From the NCBI RefSeq assembly GCF_006345805.1, contig NC_043003.1, positions 16,988,001-17,052,000 on the forward strand: a DNA stretch of 64,000 nucleotides, in the 5' to 3' direction. A model generated the notes under the pieces. The model was not told the origin of the DNA and did no database searches. It worked only from the letters and a program-made list of their open reading frames with translations. Origin of the DNA: Octopus sinensis. Its lineage: Eukaryota. The position numbers and the translations under genes are program-made. Positions 25,821 to 40,021 of this stretch are shown in pieces. Within the stretch, counting starts at the first letter, position 1; each line of letters starts with the position of its first letter.

Positions 25821-27589
25821 AGTTATAACACCTCTCTCCCTCTAGTGTTTGGGACATAAAAGATTCGAATATGCGAACCTAGCTATCTTAGGAGATTGTT
25901 CCCTAATTAAAGTGATCTTTTCTTTACTCCAATCACAGAACAAAACTTAAAATTTCTTTATACCGAAGTATCGTGAATACATTTATTTCATTTAAGATAT
26001 TGTTTCAAATTTTAGCACAAAGCCAGCAATTTTGAGGAAAAGCAAACCAATTACGTCGAGCCCAGCATTTGGCTGGTATTTATTTTGTCGACCCCGAAAG
26101 GAGGAAAAGTAAAGTCGGCCTCGGAGGAATTTGAATCCTAAGTGTGAAGAGCCGGAACGAATACTGCTCAGCATTTTCCCAACGCTCCAGTGATTTTGTC
26201 AGTATACTGCTCTGACAATTTGAAGGAAGAGGAGTAGTCTATACCATCAACTTCAGTATTTGACAGATAGTTATTTTATCGAAACGATTAAAGCAAAGGT
26301 GATCTCGACCGGAATTTCAGAGCGGGAACAAATGCCGCAAACAATTTTCCGACATTCTAACAATTCTGCCAGCTCTCCGTCTTATTTCATTTAACGTATA
26401 GATATATAATTATGATCTCTGACAACTATATCTGGCCTATTTACCTTAATTTCCCTATCTGTTTGTATTGGCATATCCCAGAGTATGGTTGTTTTCTCGT
26501 TTTCTGTGACCGTTTCAGTGACCTTTTATTATTATTATTATTATTATTATATTATTATTATTATATTATTATAATAACGTGTCAAGCTAACATTTCGTCT
26601 GTCTTTATGCTCTGAGTTCAAATTCCGCTTTGGTCGACTTTGACTTTCATCCTTTCGGATCAAGCACCGAAGTCGATTACATGGCCTTAACCCTCCTCCG
26701 AAATTACTGGCCTTGTGCCAAAAAGTGAAACCAATATATTCATAGGCGCGGACAAGGCTGTGAAGTTAAGAAGTTTGCTTCGGAGCCAAGGCTTTAGGGA
26801 ATCCGTCTAACTGCGTAGACATTGTTGGTTAACGTTCTATACTGTAGCCATGGCTCAACCAATACCTCGTGGATGAAACTAATAGACAGAAACTGAAGGA
26901 ACATGTCATTATATATTATATATGTAAATAAGTATGCCTGTGTGTTAGCGTGTGTTTGTGTGAGTTCATATTTCTTCCTGTTAACAAAGCAACCTCGCTA
27001 TCAACACAGGCGGTGTTTTATGCTTATAGTCAACCGCGAAAATTTGACCGGGCTTTTTAATATGTTGCATAATCTTTGTAAACTAAATTATAAAAATGCC
27101 CATAACTATGTGTGGGGCTGTTCATAGACTGAAGGATTATTAATTTGCTTCTAAATGAGTGGAATTTAGCGACAGAAAGAATATGAAACCGTAGAAAACG
27201 TACCTCTGTCTGACCCATGCAAGGAAGAAAAAAGGGGACGTTAAAACGATAATACAAATGACGATGACGGCAACGACCATGATGATGATGATGATGATGA
27301 TGATGGTGATTACATTTAACATGTAATGTCTTATAATGTCAGAGATATATTTGTTTGGCGAGCGGCTTTATCTGTTGCAACTGAAAGAATTAGTAATTCA
27401 AGAATACACGGAAACTATTGCCTTCACTTTCGTTTAGTTTATTTCTGAACAACATTGTCTACTATGAATCACCAAAAGTTCATTCGTACCGTTGTGAGCC
27501 GGTCACTTAAACAATTGCACTACATCTTACAGTGGTATATGTAAAAATAGATTCCATTATATGACACCTAGTCAGCGTTATATTGCTGA

Positions 27590-27976
27590 GGAGGCGCAAT
27601 GGCCCAGTGGTTAGGGAAGCGGACTCGCGGTCGTAGGATCGCGGTTTCGATTCCCAGACCGGGCGTTGTGAGTGTTTATTGAGCGAAAACACCTAAAGCT
27701 CCACGAGGCTCCGGCAGGGGATGGTGGTGATCCCTGCTGTACTCTTTCACCACAACTTTCTCTCACTCTTACTTCCTGTTTCTGTTGTACCTGTATTTCA
27801 AAGGGCCGTCCTTGTCACTCTCTGTGTCACACTGAATATCCCCGAGAACTACGTTAAGGGTACACGTGTCTGTGGAGTGCTCAGCCACTTACACGTTAAT
27901 TTCACGAGCAGGCTGTTCCGTTGATCGGATCAACGGGAACCCTCGTCGTCGCAACCGACGGAATGCTTCCATTCCA
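27590..27976 (+). mobile_element. SINE family C with tail ii and a 12-bp target-site duplication
   Basis: Flanked by TATATTGCTGAG at 27579-27590 and 27977-27988. Near-identical reverse copy at 31750-32137. Confidence 0.93.
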
Positions 27977-28274
27977 TATATTGCTGAGCTAAGCCTTCTT
28001 AGTTCCAGATGCGAGAAAGAATTTTTCCTTTACTCCCCGTGATTCCAATTACTCTTACTTAACCATTATTCTTCATCACTTTATTGACGGATAAATACCA
28101 ACAGTCTTAATAGAAATCTAGAATGATTGCAGTTTAGATGACCAATAGCAACATATTTCTTTATGATTCTATGTAGCTTCGTTTATATGACTTCGAGTAT
28201 CCAAGATAAGTTAACAGAACATAAATTAACGACTTCTTTAAGCAGTTTAAGAGATGAGGAAACCATCTCTTTAA

Positions 28275-28435
28275 GAGATTTGATAGATGAGGAATTCTGT
28301 ACATTATTCACATTATTTACATTCGACGGATATTTGTCCTTATTTTGTTTGTTGTTAACACCAAACAAGATGAGGTTGTGTTAACAAGAAACAAGATGAG
28401 GACAAATAACCGTCGAATGTAAATAGTGTAAATGA
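28275..28435. mobile_element. Fold-back of the tail of the tRNA/hammerhead element at 56.9 kb
   Basis: Both arms match GTGTTAACAACAAACAAGATGAGGACAAATATCCGTC(A/G)AATGTAAATAATGT (56938-57000). Confidence 0.85.
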
Positions 28436-28544
28436 CTTCATTAAGGTTGATTGAAATATCTACATATTTATAGTTGGTGACAAAAAGGGCATCTGGCCGT
28501 AGAAAACCTACCTTAACGAATTCTGAGGATGTTAAGACAATAAT

Positions 28545-28951
28545 TATTCTTTTCTACTCTAGGTACAAGGCCCGAAATTTTGGGGGGAGGGTCCGATCGA
28601 TTAGATCGACCCTAGTACACAACTGGTACTTAATTTATCGACTCCAAAAGGATGAAAGGCAAAGTCGACTACGGCTGAATTTGAACTTAGAACGTAATGG
28701 CAGACGAAATACCTATTTCTTTACTACCTACAAGGGGCTAAACACAGAGAGGACAAACAAGGACATACAAACGGATTAAGTCGATTATATCGACCCCAGT
28801 GCGTTGCGTAACTGGTACTTATTTAATCGACCCCGAAAGGATGAAAGGCAAAGTCGACCTCGGCGGAATTTGAACTCAGAACGTAACGGCAGACGAAATA
28901 CGGCTACGCATTTCGCCCGGCATGCTAACGTTTCTGCCAGCTCGCTGCCTT
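28545..28951 (-). mobile_element. SINE family B, two units
   Basis: Family core present twice. Head at 28920-28951. Confidence 0.9.
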
Positions 28952-29276
28952 GTTAAGATAATAATTACTATAGTTACAAAGTAGTTACAAAGTAGTTAGC
29001 AGCATTTCTTCCGGTATTACATTCTGAATTCAAGTTCCGCTGAGGTCGACATTTCCTTTTATCTTTACGGAATCGTTTACACAAGTACCAGTTGAACACT
29101 GGATCGATGTAATCGACTGCTCCATCCCCTCAAAACTAGTGGCTTTGTGCCAAAATTCTTATTGTAGACAACCATTGATGCTATTTTTCAAATTAAGCGG
29201 CAAAACTTTCCAATTTCATAACCAATCTGTTTAATTTCTGAATAAATATATATATATTGGGACAACCCATATATAC

Positions 29277-29350
<74 letters not shown>

Positions 29351-29369
29351 CATGAACTTTCAGGACAAC

Positions 29370-29421
<52 letters not shown>

Positions 29422-29425
<4 letters not shown>

Positions 29426-29986
29426 GTTGTCCTGAAAGTTCTTGCTGATTTTTAAAGGAAAGAAAAAGGTCAATAAATTCTTGCCATTACATTTGTAATC
29501 AACCAAATATGAACCATTTTGTTGAACAATGCGTCTCCATCTTTCCTTTAAATGAAAATACCTCTTTCCCAGAATTGAGGTGGTTTAATGGCAAAGAATT
29601 CATCAAGGTATCTTTTTACGTCATCCAAGGAATTGAAATTTTTACCATTAAGACTATTCTGCAGAGACCTGAATAAGTGGAAAACCGAAGGAGCAATATC
29701 TGGTGAATATGGAGGGTGGGATCACACATCCCAGCCGAGCTTCAGCAACTTTTGCCTGGTTCCCAAAGCATCAAGTACCGAAAATGAACTTTCTTACCTT
29801 CCATTTTAAAGGGTTACAGAATTAACACAGGTTATAGAAACATAAACCTTCTTCCACAAAAAGATAGCTTAAACTGTGCACTAAATGGAGATGTAGTCAA
29901 ATTCTATTTTATGGACTCAACCATGTTCTAAAATAAGTCGAAAGGCAAGCTACTATAAATCGGCACAAACTTTCCGGACAACCCAA
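29422..29986 (-). mobile_element. Non-autonomous mariner (565 bp) with both TIRs and TA flanks
   Basis: TTGGGTTGTCCTGAAAGTT...AACTTTCCGGACAACCCAA. Same internal deletion junction as 562-1106. Confidence 0.93.
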
Positions 29987-30891
29987 TATATATAGCATAT
30001 TATTTTGTTTTGATGTAAATCATAATGGTAGTTTAATTATGTAATATACTAAAACAATAAAATATGTGCTCCTTTCATATAATTATTGAAGAAGGTGATC
30101 CATTGATTAGAAGTAATTTTCAGTGAGGAAAACAATTGATCAGCAAACGACTATTTATGTTTGAAAATCTATATTTATGTGTGAGGGTTTGTATAAATTT
30201 ATTGTTCATATTATAAGCTACAAAATTCTTACATTCTTTAGATTTCCTGTTATTCACACTGTTTCAAGATTCCGGCAGATAAAATGGATAAGGCATTGCT
30301 CCTGAGAGGAAGATGCGCTGGAACAGCCACTCTAACTTATGGGTCTCTCACTTGCGGTTAGCCATCTCCGCCCCAATAACGGTGACCAGGGATATGATCC
30401 AGGGGACCAACAATACCAGTGGTCTCCACTGCTACAGGCTCGACCATAACCCTGTCAGGGAGCGACCGATGCTTTGGCTATATTTTATAACATGGTAGTG
30501 TTATCATTATGCCATGGCTTTACACAATGTTACATGAAGTTTTATCGGAGTCATTGTTGAGTCTGGCAAGGTGTATTATATATTTGATATCATTTTTTGA
30601 ATGATTTTTCGTCAGCCATAGGCCGGTTTCCGTGCCGTATAAGTGACAGAGGTCATAACATTATCTTGAACAGAACGCCGGTCCATTGTAGGATTCAAAG
30701 CCATTAATTTGCGTGGGAGGAGATGAAAGCAAAATTGAGCTCAGCAGAACTTGAATCCATAACATAAAGAGCCGGAAGAAATACCGCCAAGCATTTTATC
30801 CGACGTTCTAACGATTCTGCCAGCTCGTCGCCAACATACAATAGTTTGAATTAGTAAATTTTATGGTTTTATTGCGTATAAAAAGATGGTG

Positions 30892-31200
30892 TGGAAGCGC
30901 AATGGTTTAGTGGTTAGGGCAGCGGACTCGCGGTCGGAGGATCGCGGTTTCGATTCCCAGAACGGGCGTTGTGTGTGTTTATTGAGCAAAACTACCTAAA
31001 GCTCTACGAGGCTCTGGCAGGGGGTGGTGGCGACCCTTGTTGTACTCTTTCGCCACAGCTTTTTCTCACTCTTTCTTCCTTTTTCTTGAGTAACGCTGCG
31101 ATGGACTGGCGTCCCGTCCAGCTGGGGGAACAGATACGCCACAGAAACCAGGAAACCGGGCCCATGAGCCTGGCTAGGCTTGAAAAGGGCGAAAAGAATA
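30892..31200 (+). mobile_element. SINE family C with tail i
   Basis: Same structure as 23470-23775. Confidence 0.9.
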
Positions 31201-31749
31201 AAAAGATGGTAGCTTCTCAACATTGTTACATTGCTAACTAATAAATTCTTTAAAAGCCAGCCAAACCTGTTTACGTTGCTCTCTCAACACTGCCTGTTTG
31301 GATTAAAATAGATTTTAAGCAATCTGTTTTTCTGAGCTAAGATATCTTTAAGAGAGTGGATCCAACATATTCTGTTCTTAACATGTAGTTATATCACTAC
31401 ATTGGAATCGCGTTGGTATCTTTCCATAGGCGTTTATCATCATTGAGGTATATAACAAAAGTCAGTTACGTCATTACATAGATGGTAGGATCTCGGACAT
31501 ATAATACGGTATGGTGAAAACTTCGATCAACTGAGACTAAGAATAAATGCGCGCGCGTTTACACACACACACACATCGTGGCTGTGTGGTAAGAAGCTTG
31601 CTTTCCAACCACATAGTTTTGGGTTCAGTCCACTGCGTGGAACGTTGTGCAAGTGTCTTCTACTACCTCCTCAGGCCAATCAAAGCCTTGTGAGTGGATT
31701 TGGTGGACGGAAACTGAAAGACCATCGTGTATATAAATATAAATATAAA

Positions 31750-32137
31750 TGGGAAGCACTCCGTCGGTTACGACGACGAGGGTTCCGGTTGATCCGAATC
31801 AACGGAACAGCCTGCTCGTGAGATTAACGTGTAAGTGGCTGAGCACTGCACAGACACGTGTACCCTTAACGTAGTTCTCGGGGATATTCAGCGTGACACA
31901 GAGAGTGACAAGGCCGGCCCTTTGAAATACAGGTACAACAGAAACAGGAAGTAAGAGTGAGAGAAAGTTGTGGTGAAAGAGTACAACAGGGATCACCACC
32001 ATCCCCTGCCGGAGCCTCGTGGAGCTTTTAAGTGTTTTCGCTCAATAAACACTCACAACGCCCGGTCTGGGAATCGAAACTGCGATCCTATGACCGCGAG
32101 TCCGCTGCCCCTAACCACTGGGCCATTGCGCCTCCAT
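31750..32137 (-). mobile_element. SINE family C with tail ii, next to a family A head (31575-31730)
   Basis: Reverse complement of 27590-27976. Confidence 0.92.
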
Positions 32138-32139
32138 AA

Positions 32140-32187
<48 letters not shown>

Positions 32188-32209
32188 TATATATGTATAT
32201 ATATATATA

Positions 32210-32299
<90 letters not shown>

Positions 32300-33036
32300 A
32301 TATTATATATATATATATATAAAATACAATAATGGGACAATAACGCAAAACATCCAGACAAGTTAGGTGATACAAAAAGGGACAACAAAACATCCAGACA
32401 GACGATACAAAGCAAACAAGTACGGGCCATGAGTTTTCTATCCTCAGTCAAGTTCCAGATTATCTTTGCAATTTCGGCTGGTTATACTCGAGATCGCTCC
32501 AATCTGGCCAGCCCCAAGGAAAAGCTAAGCTAAGGACATTAGATTTCTTGGAAGAAAGCAACGAATATATATACGAAAACAAAGATGGAAAAACAGAGAA
32601 ATATTACACAAATACAAATGCAATGAGCAAGACATAACAACAGGTATCTTTCGACTAAAGGCGAATTAAATTAAGCTGGCGTGTGTGAAAATAAAGCCTT
32701 ACGGCAGGGACATACGATTTAACAGGCAATGGGAGAAATATAGGGGTTGCACGAATGGTAGTCGAACCAAGAAAGAAAGGTCAGGCCTGGCCGAACACCA
32801 GCCACGTGGGGAGGGAAGTAAGAGAGAGAGGTAGAGAAGAATTAAGGAGAGGCAAGAACAAATTTATGTGTTAATGTGTGTATCTGTGTGTGTTTGTATA
32901 TATATATATATATATATATATCTATATATATATATATACACATATGAGAAAATGACAAACAATGTCTCAATGTGTGCAGATGAATAGACCTGGAATATAT
33001 GTGAGAACTTTTCGCTCTTCGTTAATATATATATCT

Positions 33037-33452
33037 CTTTTACTCTTTTACTTGTTTCAGTCATTTGACTGCGGCCATGCTGGAGCACCGCCTTTTTTTA
33101 GTCGAGCAAATCGACCCCGGGACTTATTCTTTGTAAGCCCAGTACTTATTCTATCGATCTCTTTTGCCGAACCGCTAAGTGACGGGGACGTAAACACACC
33201 AGCATCTGTTGTCAAGCAATGCTAGGGGGACAAACGCAGACACACAAACACACACACACATACATATATATATATACATACATATATACGGCAGGCTTCC
33301 TTCAGTTTCCGTCTACCAAATCCACTCACAAGGCATTGGTTGGCCCGGGGCTATAGCAGAAGACACTTGCCCAAGATGCCACGCAGTGGGACTGAACCCG
33401 GAACCATGTGGTTGGTTAGCAAGCTACTTACCACACAGCCACTCCTGCGCCT
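33037..33452 (-). mobile_element. SINE family A, full length
   Basis: Family sequence on the minus strand. Confidence 0.92.
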
Positions 33453-33476
33453 ACATATATATATATATACACACAA

Positions 33477-33514
<38 letters not shown>

Positions 33515-33624
33515 CATTTTTGGATTTGGTTTGCCAGATTCTTTATATGAGTTTGTGTTTTGAGAGTCAAGACTATTGAAAAGGTTGCAAGACGCAACGA
33601 AAATTTTAGGAAAATAAACATATG

Positions 33625-33743
33625 ACTTATGGCCATATCACGTTGAAAGCACCGGTTCTCGTCCGATCACCGAAGTTAAGCAACATCGAGCCTAGTTAGT
33701 ACTTAGATGGGTGACCGCTTGGGAAACCTAGGTGCTGTAAGCA
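33625..33743 (+). rRNA. 5S: 5S rRNA copy, full length, solitary (probably a retroposed pseudogene)
   Basis: ACTTATGGCCATATCACGTTGAAAGCACCGGTTCTCGTCCGATCACCGAAGTTAAGC...GTTAGTACTTAGATGGGTGACCGCTTGGGAAACCTAGGTGCTGTAAGC is a canonical metazoan 5S of ~119 nt. It is followed by TTCCCTTTT. Confidence 0.95.
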
Positions 33744-33918
33744 TTCCCTTTTAGGCGCAGGAGTGGCTGTGTGGTAAGTAGCTTGCTAACCAACCACATG
33801 GTTCCGGGTTCAGTCCCACTGCGTGGCATCTTGGGCAAGTGTCTTCTGCTATAGCCCCGGGCCGACCAATGCCTTGTGAGTGGATTTGGTAGACGGAAAC
33901 TGAAAGAAGCCTATCGTA

Positions 33919-35436
<1,518 letters not shown>

Positions 35437-35730
35437 AGGCGCAATGGCCCAGTGGTCAGGGCAGCGGACTCGCGGTCGTAGGATCGCGGTTTCGATTCCC
35501 AGACCGTGCGTTGTGAGTGTTTATTGAGCGAAAACACCTAAAAGCTCCACGACGCTCCGGCAGGGGGTGGTGATCCCTGCTGTACTCTTTCACCACTCTT
35601 TCTCCCACTCTTTCTTCTGTTGGCCTGCTTGCTTAGCCAGCGGGGTAGCGTCATTCGAAGGCTAAAACAATGCGAACGCATTGTGACCAGCGATGTGTAA
35701 CAACATCTGATGGTCTGGTCGGTCACGTGA
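35437..35730 (+). mobile_element. SINE family C with tail iii
   Basis: Same head, followed by a different 3' part (GGCTAAAACAATGCG...GGTCGGTCACGTGAT). Confidence 0.88.
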
Positions 35731-36754
35731 TATATATATATGTACATATACACGCACACACATATACGTGTGTGTGTATAAGTTTGACAAGCAAACTTCT
35801 TATCACACAACCATATAAATTTATATATGCACATAAATTAGTATGTTTCTGAGAAAATGACAAACAATGTCTCAATGTGTGCAGATGAATAGACCTGGAA
35901 TATATGTGAGAACTTTTCGCTCTTCGTTAATCAGAAAAAAAAGATACACGTCTACAAAAGCTGCCTGTTTCATGAAGCTTTTGGAAAACAAGATTGTTGA
36001 ACATAAACTACCAAGGTTAAATATTGAAATGATCAAACAAAGAGATCTTAAGAACCATTTGTAAAATTCCGAAGCTGAGTCTGATATAAAACGGAATAGC
36101 AAAAATAGTAGTTGCAAAGTGCAGGTAATTTACTGAATAAGATAATTATTCAAAATTTGAACAAGGTCTGGCTATTCAGTAACAGTAATGTAGTATACGA
36201 TTAGTTTCGTAGACTAACATAGACAAATATTGTTTGATTAATTTTCAGTGATTGTATTATTGAAATTTATAGTATTTGGGGGCAAGATTTAATGGCGGAG
36301 TTTGTAAGTTGTCGAGAGGATTTATTCTATGAAGCTAACATCACTTTCATTCCCGCACAATTGTGCATCTGTTTATACTTATCTTTGAGCAAATGTTACC
36401 TTCCTATAACTTTTACAACGAAAATAATTTAGCCATCAGTAAAATTTCTGTTTATTAGTTGCGTCAGATATCCGAAGACCGTTTGAATGGTGCCAGACAT
36501 GCATTTAAATGCTTCATTGCTGAACAGCTGGAAATATTTTGGTATTTATAATTTGTTTTTGTTAGTTTTTAATTCCTTGTTTCTTTCACTCTCTAGGAAG
36601 CGCATGTATTAATATCTTAAGAGGTATGGCTAAAGAGAAATTATTGCACAATTTAAGAGGCAATAGATAAAAATGTTGTAGGCAGTGATGATAACACAGG
36701 AAATAGTAACAATAATAATAGTCATAACAATAAGAACAACATTAATAACAACAA

Positions 36755-36775
36755 CGATGATGATGGTGGTGATAA

Positions 36776-36858
<83 letters not shown>

Positions 36859-36900
36859 ATGATGATGATGTGGGTGGTGGTAGTGGTGGTGATGATTATG
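36755..36900. repeat. (GAT)n/(GGT)n microsatellite
   Basis: Direct reading. Confidence 0.95.
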
Positions 36901-37140
36901 TTGAATGTTCTTATTTGCTGCAAGGACATCAGATGAGGGAATACTTTAGAAGGACAGTTTATATTTTTTGCACGTGTTGCGTGCGCACGCGCGCATGTAT
37001 GTGTGTGTGTGTGTGTGCTTGTTTGTTTGTGTATGTGGATACATAAAAAGATGATGGGAAGAAAGAGAGAAGAAAGACAAAGAAAAAATTTATACATTGT
37101 ATAAAAAAATATGGATGAAACAATCCTCTTATGGCTAATC

Positions 37141-38121
37141 AAGAAACCCCATAGAGCCCGAATTGCCCTGATGAGGAAAAGTACGAGTCATCTCCGAACT
37201 GTTTACCAATCTACAGGAACGTGATTAGAGATATTGAAACAGATATTTCTTCAGCCGCCTATTGTAGCCTTTAGACGGAATAAGAATATAAGAGAATTAT
37301 TGACCTCTATATCTGACTCCAAGAAAACGAACATTGGAGTATCTGCACGCTGTACTTTAAAGAACAGCCGCAAGAGAGGTAAGCCCTGTTCATTCTGCAA
37401 CAACATGAGTGAAGTGAATTCCATCAGAAATCATAAAAGAAATGCTATGATTTATACACAACATGGAACATCTAAAGACTCCCATTTGGTGTACGCTGCA
37501 GAATGCACAAAACACAACTTAATTTATGTTAGTTGCACAACGGAACAATTAAACAAAAGGTTTAATGGGCACAGATTCGACGTCAGGCACAATAACAGTA
37601 GCTCGACAGAACTTGCTGAACATTTCGTTTCAAGCGGCTGCAATTTTGAAGAAGACTTGAAAGTGGATATTCTCAGAAAAATATTCTGTATCTGCTTCGC
37701 TTTTACTTCTCAGAATGTATGAGGAGAATTATATTTGCGGGTTATTAACACCACGCCCTGGAGGAATGAATAAGATGACAGGAGAATATCATCAACTTTA
37801 TACAAAGCTGTTTGATTAAATATTCTTCTTTCTCTCTTTTTCTTTCCTTTTTTCTGTCGTCTTCTTTTTCTGTTTTTTTTCTGTTTTTTTTTCTTCTCGT
37901 CTGTTATAAAATTGTAACTTAAAAACTGATGATGTCATTCCATCAACGCGTGGACACTGGTTGCTCTCGTTCATACTTTACGTTTAAATTTCTGTAATTT
38001 TGAATTTTTATCACTTCTTATTTTGAACATGACAAAGACAGGCGTACTGTTGAAATATCGTTCAACTAATAAAATATCTTACGATCTTTTTAAAATATCT
38101 TACGATCTTTTTAAAAATATA

Positions 38122-38125
<4 letters not shown>
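37141..38125 (+). mobile_element. 5'-truncated Penelope-like element: GIY-YIG endonuclease and 3' terminal region
   Basis: ORF 37234-37722 has PPIVAFRRNKNIRELL (end of the RT thumb), a Cys linker C..KRGKPCSFC, then LVYAAECTKHNLIYVS (GIY..YIG equivalent), KRFNGHR and LAEHF. After a frameshift comes EENYICGLLTPRPGGMN (E...I..L.T..P.G.N). Confidence 0.9.
38023..38065 (+). ncRNA. Degenerate minimal hammerhead ribozyme in the Penelope 3' region
   Basis: TTGAAC-[ATGACAAA]-GACAG gcgta CTGTT-GAAATATC-GTTCAA. Stems I and II are intact; the CUGANGA core is mutated. Confidence 0.6.
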
Positions 38126-38179
<54 letters not shown>

Positions 38180-38202
38180 TAATAATAATAATAATAATAA
38201 TA

Positions 38203-38630
38203 TAGTTGTCAGAGATCATTAATAAGAAAAATGCTTTCTAATAGATGTATCAATACCAGCAGATGACAACGTTTCTTCTAAAAGAAATGGAGAAACTTTC
38301 AGAATACAAAGACCTGGAAATAGAGCTAACTCGAATGTAGAATCCAGAAACAGAAACAATTCCTATCATAGTGAGCGCATTAGGCATGATAACAAAAATA
38401 TTCAAATGCATAACAAAACACCAGGACTTACAAATATAACATATATAACATACAGAAAATTGCACTACTGGGCCCTGCACACATCCTACGTAAAACACTT
38501 TCAATACAGTAACCATAAGAGCATCACAACAAACCACAGTACATACCCAAGGAATACAGAGCTGCGATAGGCAGTGAAGTGAAAGCCCGTTGTAAAAATA
38601 AAACTAGTGAATAATAATAATAATAATAAC
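38203..38630 (+). mobile_element. 3' end of an R4/Dong-like non-LTR retrotransposon inserted in (AAT)n
   Basis: IVVRD..EKCFLIDVSIPADDNV-KEMEKLSEYKDLEIEL.RM...TIPIIVSALGMI...NIQKIALLGPAHILRKTL is an RLE domain. (AAT)n lies on both sides. Confidence 0.88.
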
Positions 38631-38699
38631 GATGATGATGATGTCTCCATTGACATTTGTGCTGGGAATGATTCCGTTGAGTGAAATACTACAGAAAAC

Positions 38700-38875
38700 A
38701 AAGTTGGGGTATAACCTTGGAAGAGATAAGAGAAAACTGAACCACTTGCTATTCATGGACGATTTGAAGTTGTTCACAAAAGTGAGGCAGAACTGGACAG
38801 CCTAGTCCAGTCTGTGTGGATTTTCTCCAATGATATTAAGATGGAATTTGGACTCTCAAAACGTGTTACGATGGT
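38700..38875 (+). mobile_element. R4/Dong-like reverse transcriptase fragment
   Basis: KLNHLLFMDDLKLF...ELDSLVQSVWIFSNDIKMEFGLSK, with the catalytic FMDD motif. Confidence 0.88.
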
Positions 38876-39217
38876 GATTTGGCCATAAAACAACCGTTCG
38901 GCAAAAGAGAGCGATGGAATAAATACCGGGTATTCAAAAGAGTACCGTGGTCAGTTCGATTAAACCCGTTGACCGCAACGTAATGACTGAACAAGTAAAA
39001 GATAACGGTGTTATGATGGTCTCTGCTTCTCAGTCCCGATCTACACGTGCCTCTTCCTTCCAGCACCTTTGTTGTGTCCACCTCCACCAGATCCCATACT
39101 AATCACCTCACTAAGTATTTCCTTTCTCAGAACACCATCTCTCTGGAACTCCTCTCTCCCTAGTCGTATCTTTCTCATAAATGTTGATTTGCATTGGTTC
39201 AAGAGGAGCCTTAATAT

Positions 39218-39450
39218 ATTTCTTTACTGCCCACAAGGGGCTAAACATAGAGGGGACAAACAAGGACAGATAAACGGATTAAGTCGATTACATCGACCCC
39301 AGTGTGTATCTGGTACTTAATTTATCGACCCCTAAAGGATGAAATGCAAAGTCGACCTCGGCGGAATTTGAACTCAGAACGTAACGACAGACGAAATACC
39401 GCTAAGCATTTCGCCCGGCGTGCTAACGTTTCTGCCTGCTCGCCGCCTTC
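39218..39450 (-). mobile_element. SINE family B
   Basis: Family head plus one unit. Confidence 0.9.
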
Positions 39451-39567
39451 ATCAAGAAGAGCATTAATAGTGTCAATCACACCTGCCTTACTACCATGAG
39501 CACTGTCCCATTCACTACACCTATTAAGGAACGAAATAAGCCGACTATGATGGTTTGAAATTTTGGT

Positions 39568-39809
39568 ATTCTTTTACTCTTTTACTTGTTTCAGTCATTT
39601 GACTGTGGCCATGCTGGAGCACAGCCTTTAGTCGAGCACATCGACTCCAGGACTTATTCTTTGTAAGCCTAGTACTTATTCTATCGGTCTCCTTTTGCCG
39701 AACCGCTAAGTTACGGGGACGTAAACACACCAGCATCGGTTGTCAAGCGATGCTGGGGGGGACAAACACAGACACACAAACATACATACATACATACATA
39801 CATACATAA

Positions 39810-39858
<49 letters not shown>

Positions 39859-40021
39859 ACGGACTTCTTTCAGTTTCTGTCTACCAAATCCACTCACAAG
39901 GCTTTGGTCGGCCCGAGGCTATAACAGAAAACACTTGCCCAAGGTGCCACGCAGTGGGACTGAACCCGGAACCATGTGGTTGGTAAGCAAGCTACTTACC
40001 ACACAGCCACTCCTGCGCCTA
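39568..40021 (-). mobile_element. SINE family A, full length
   Basis: Family sequence. Confidence 0.92.

Noticed and set aside
32440-32530. Hammerhead on the minus strand (GGCTGG...CCAGCC-GAAA)
   Set aside because: A stem II and GAAA are present but there is no CUGANGA box.
33625-33743. Part of a functional 5S rDNA array
   Set aside because: It is a single copy embedded in another repeat and fused to a SINE, with no spacer repeats. It could still be transcribed from its internal promoter.
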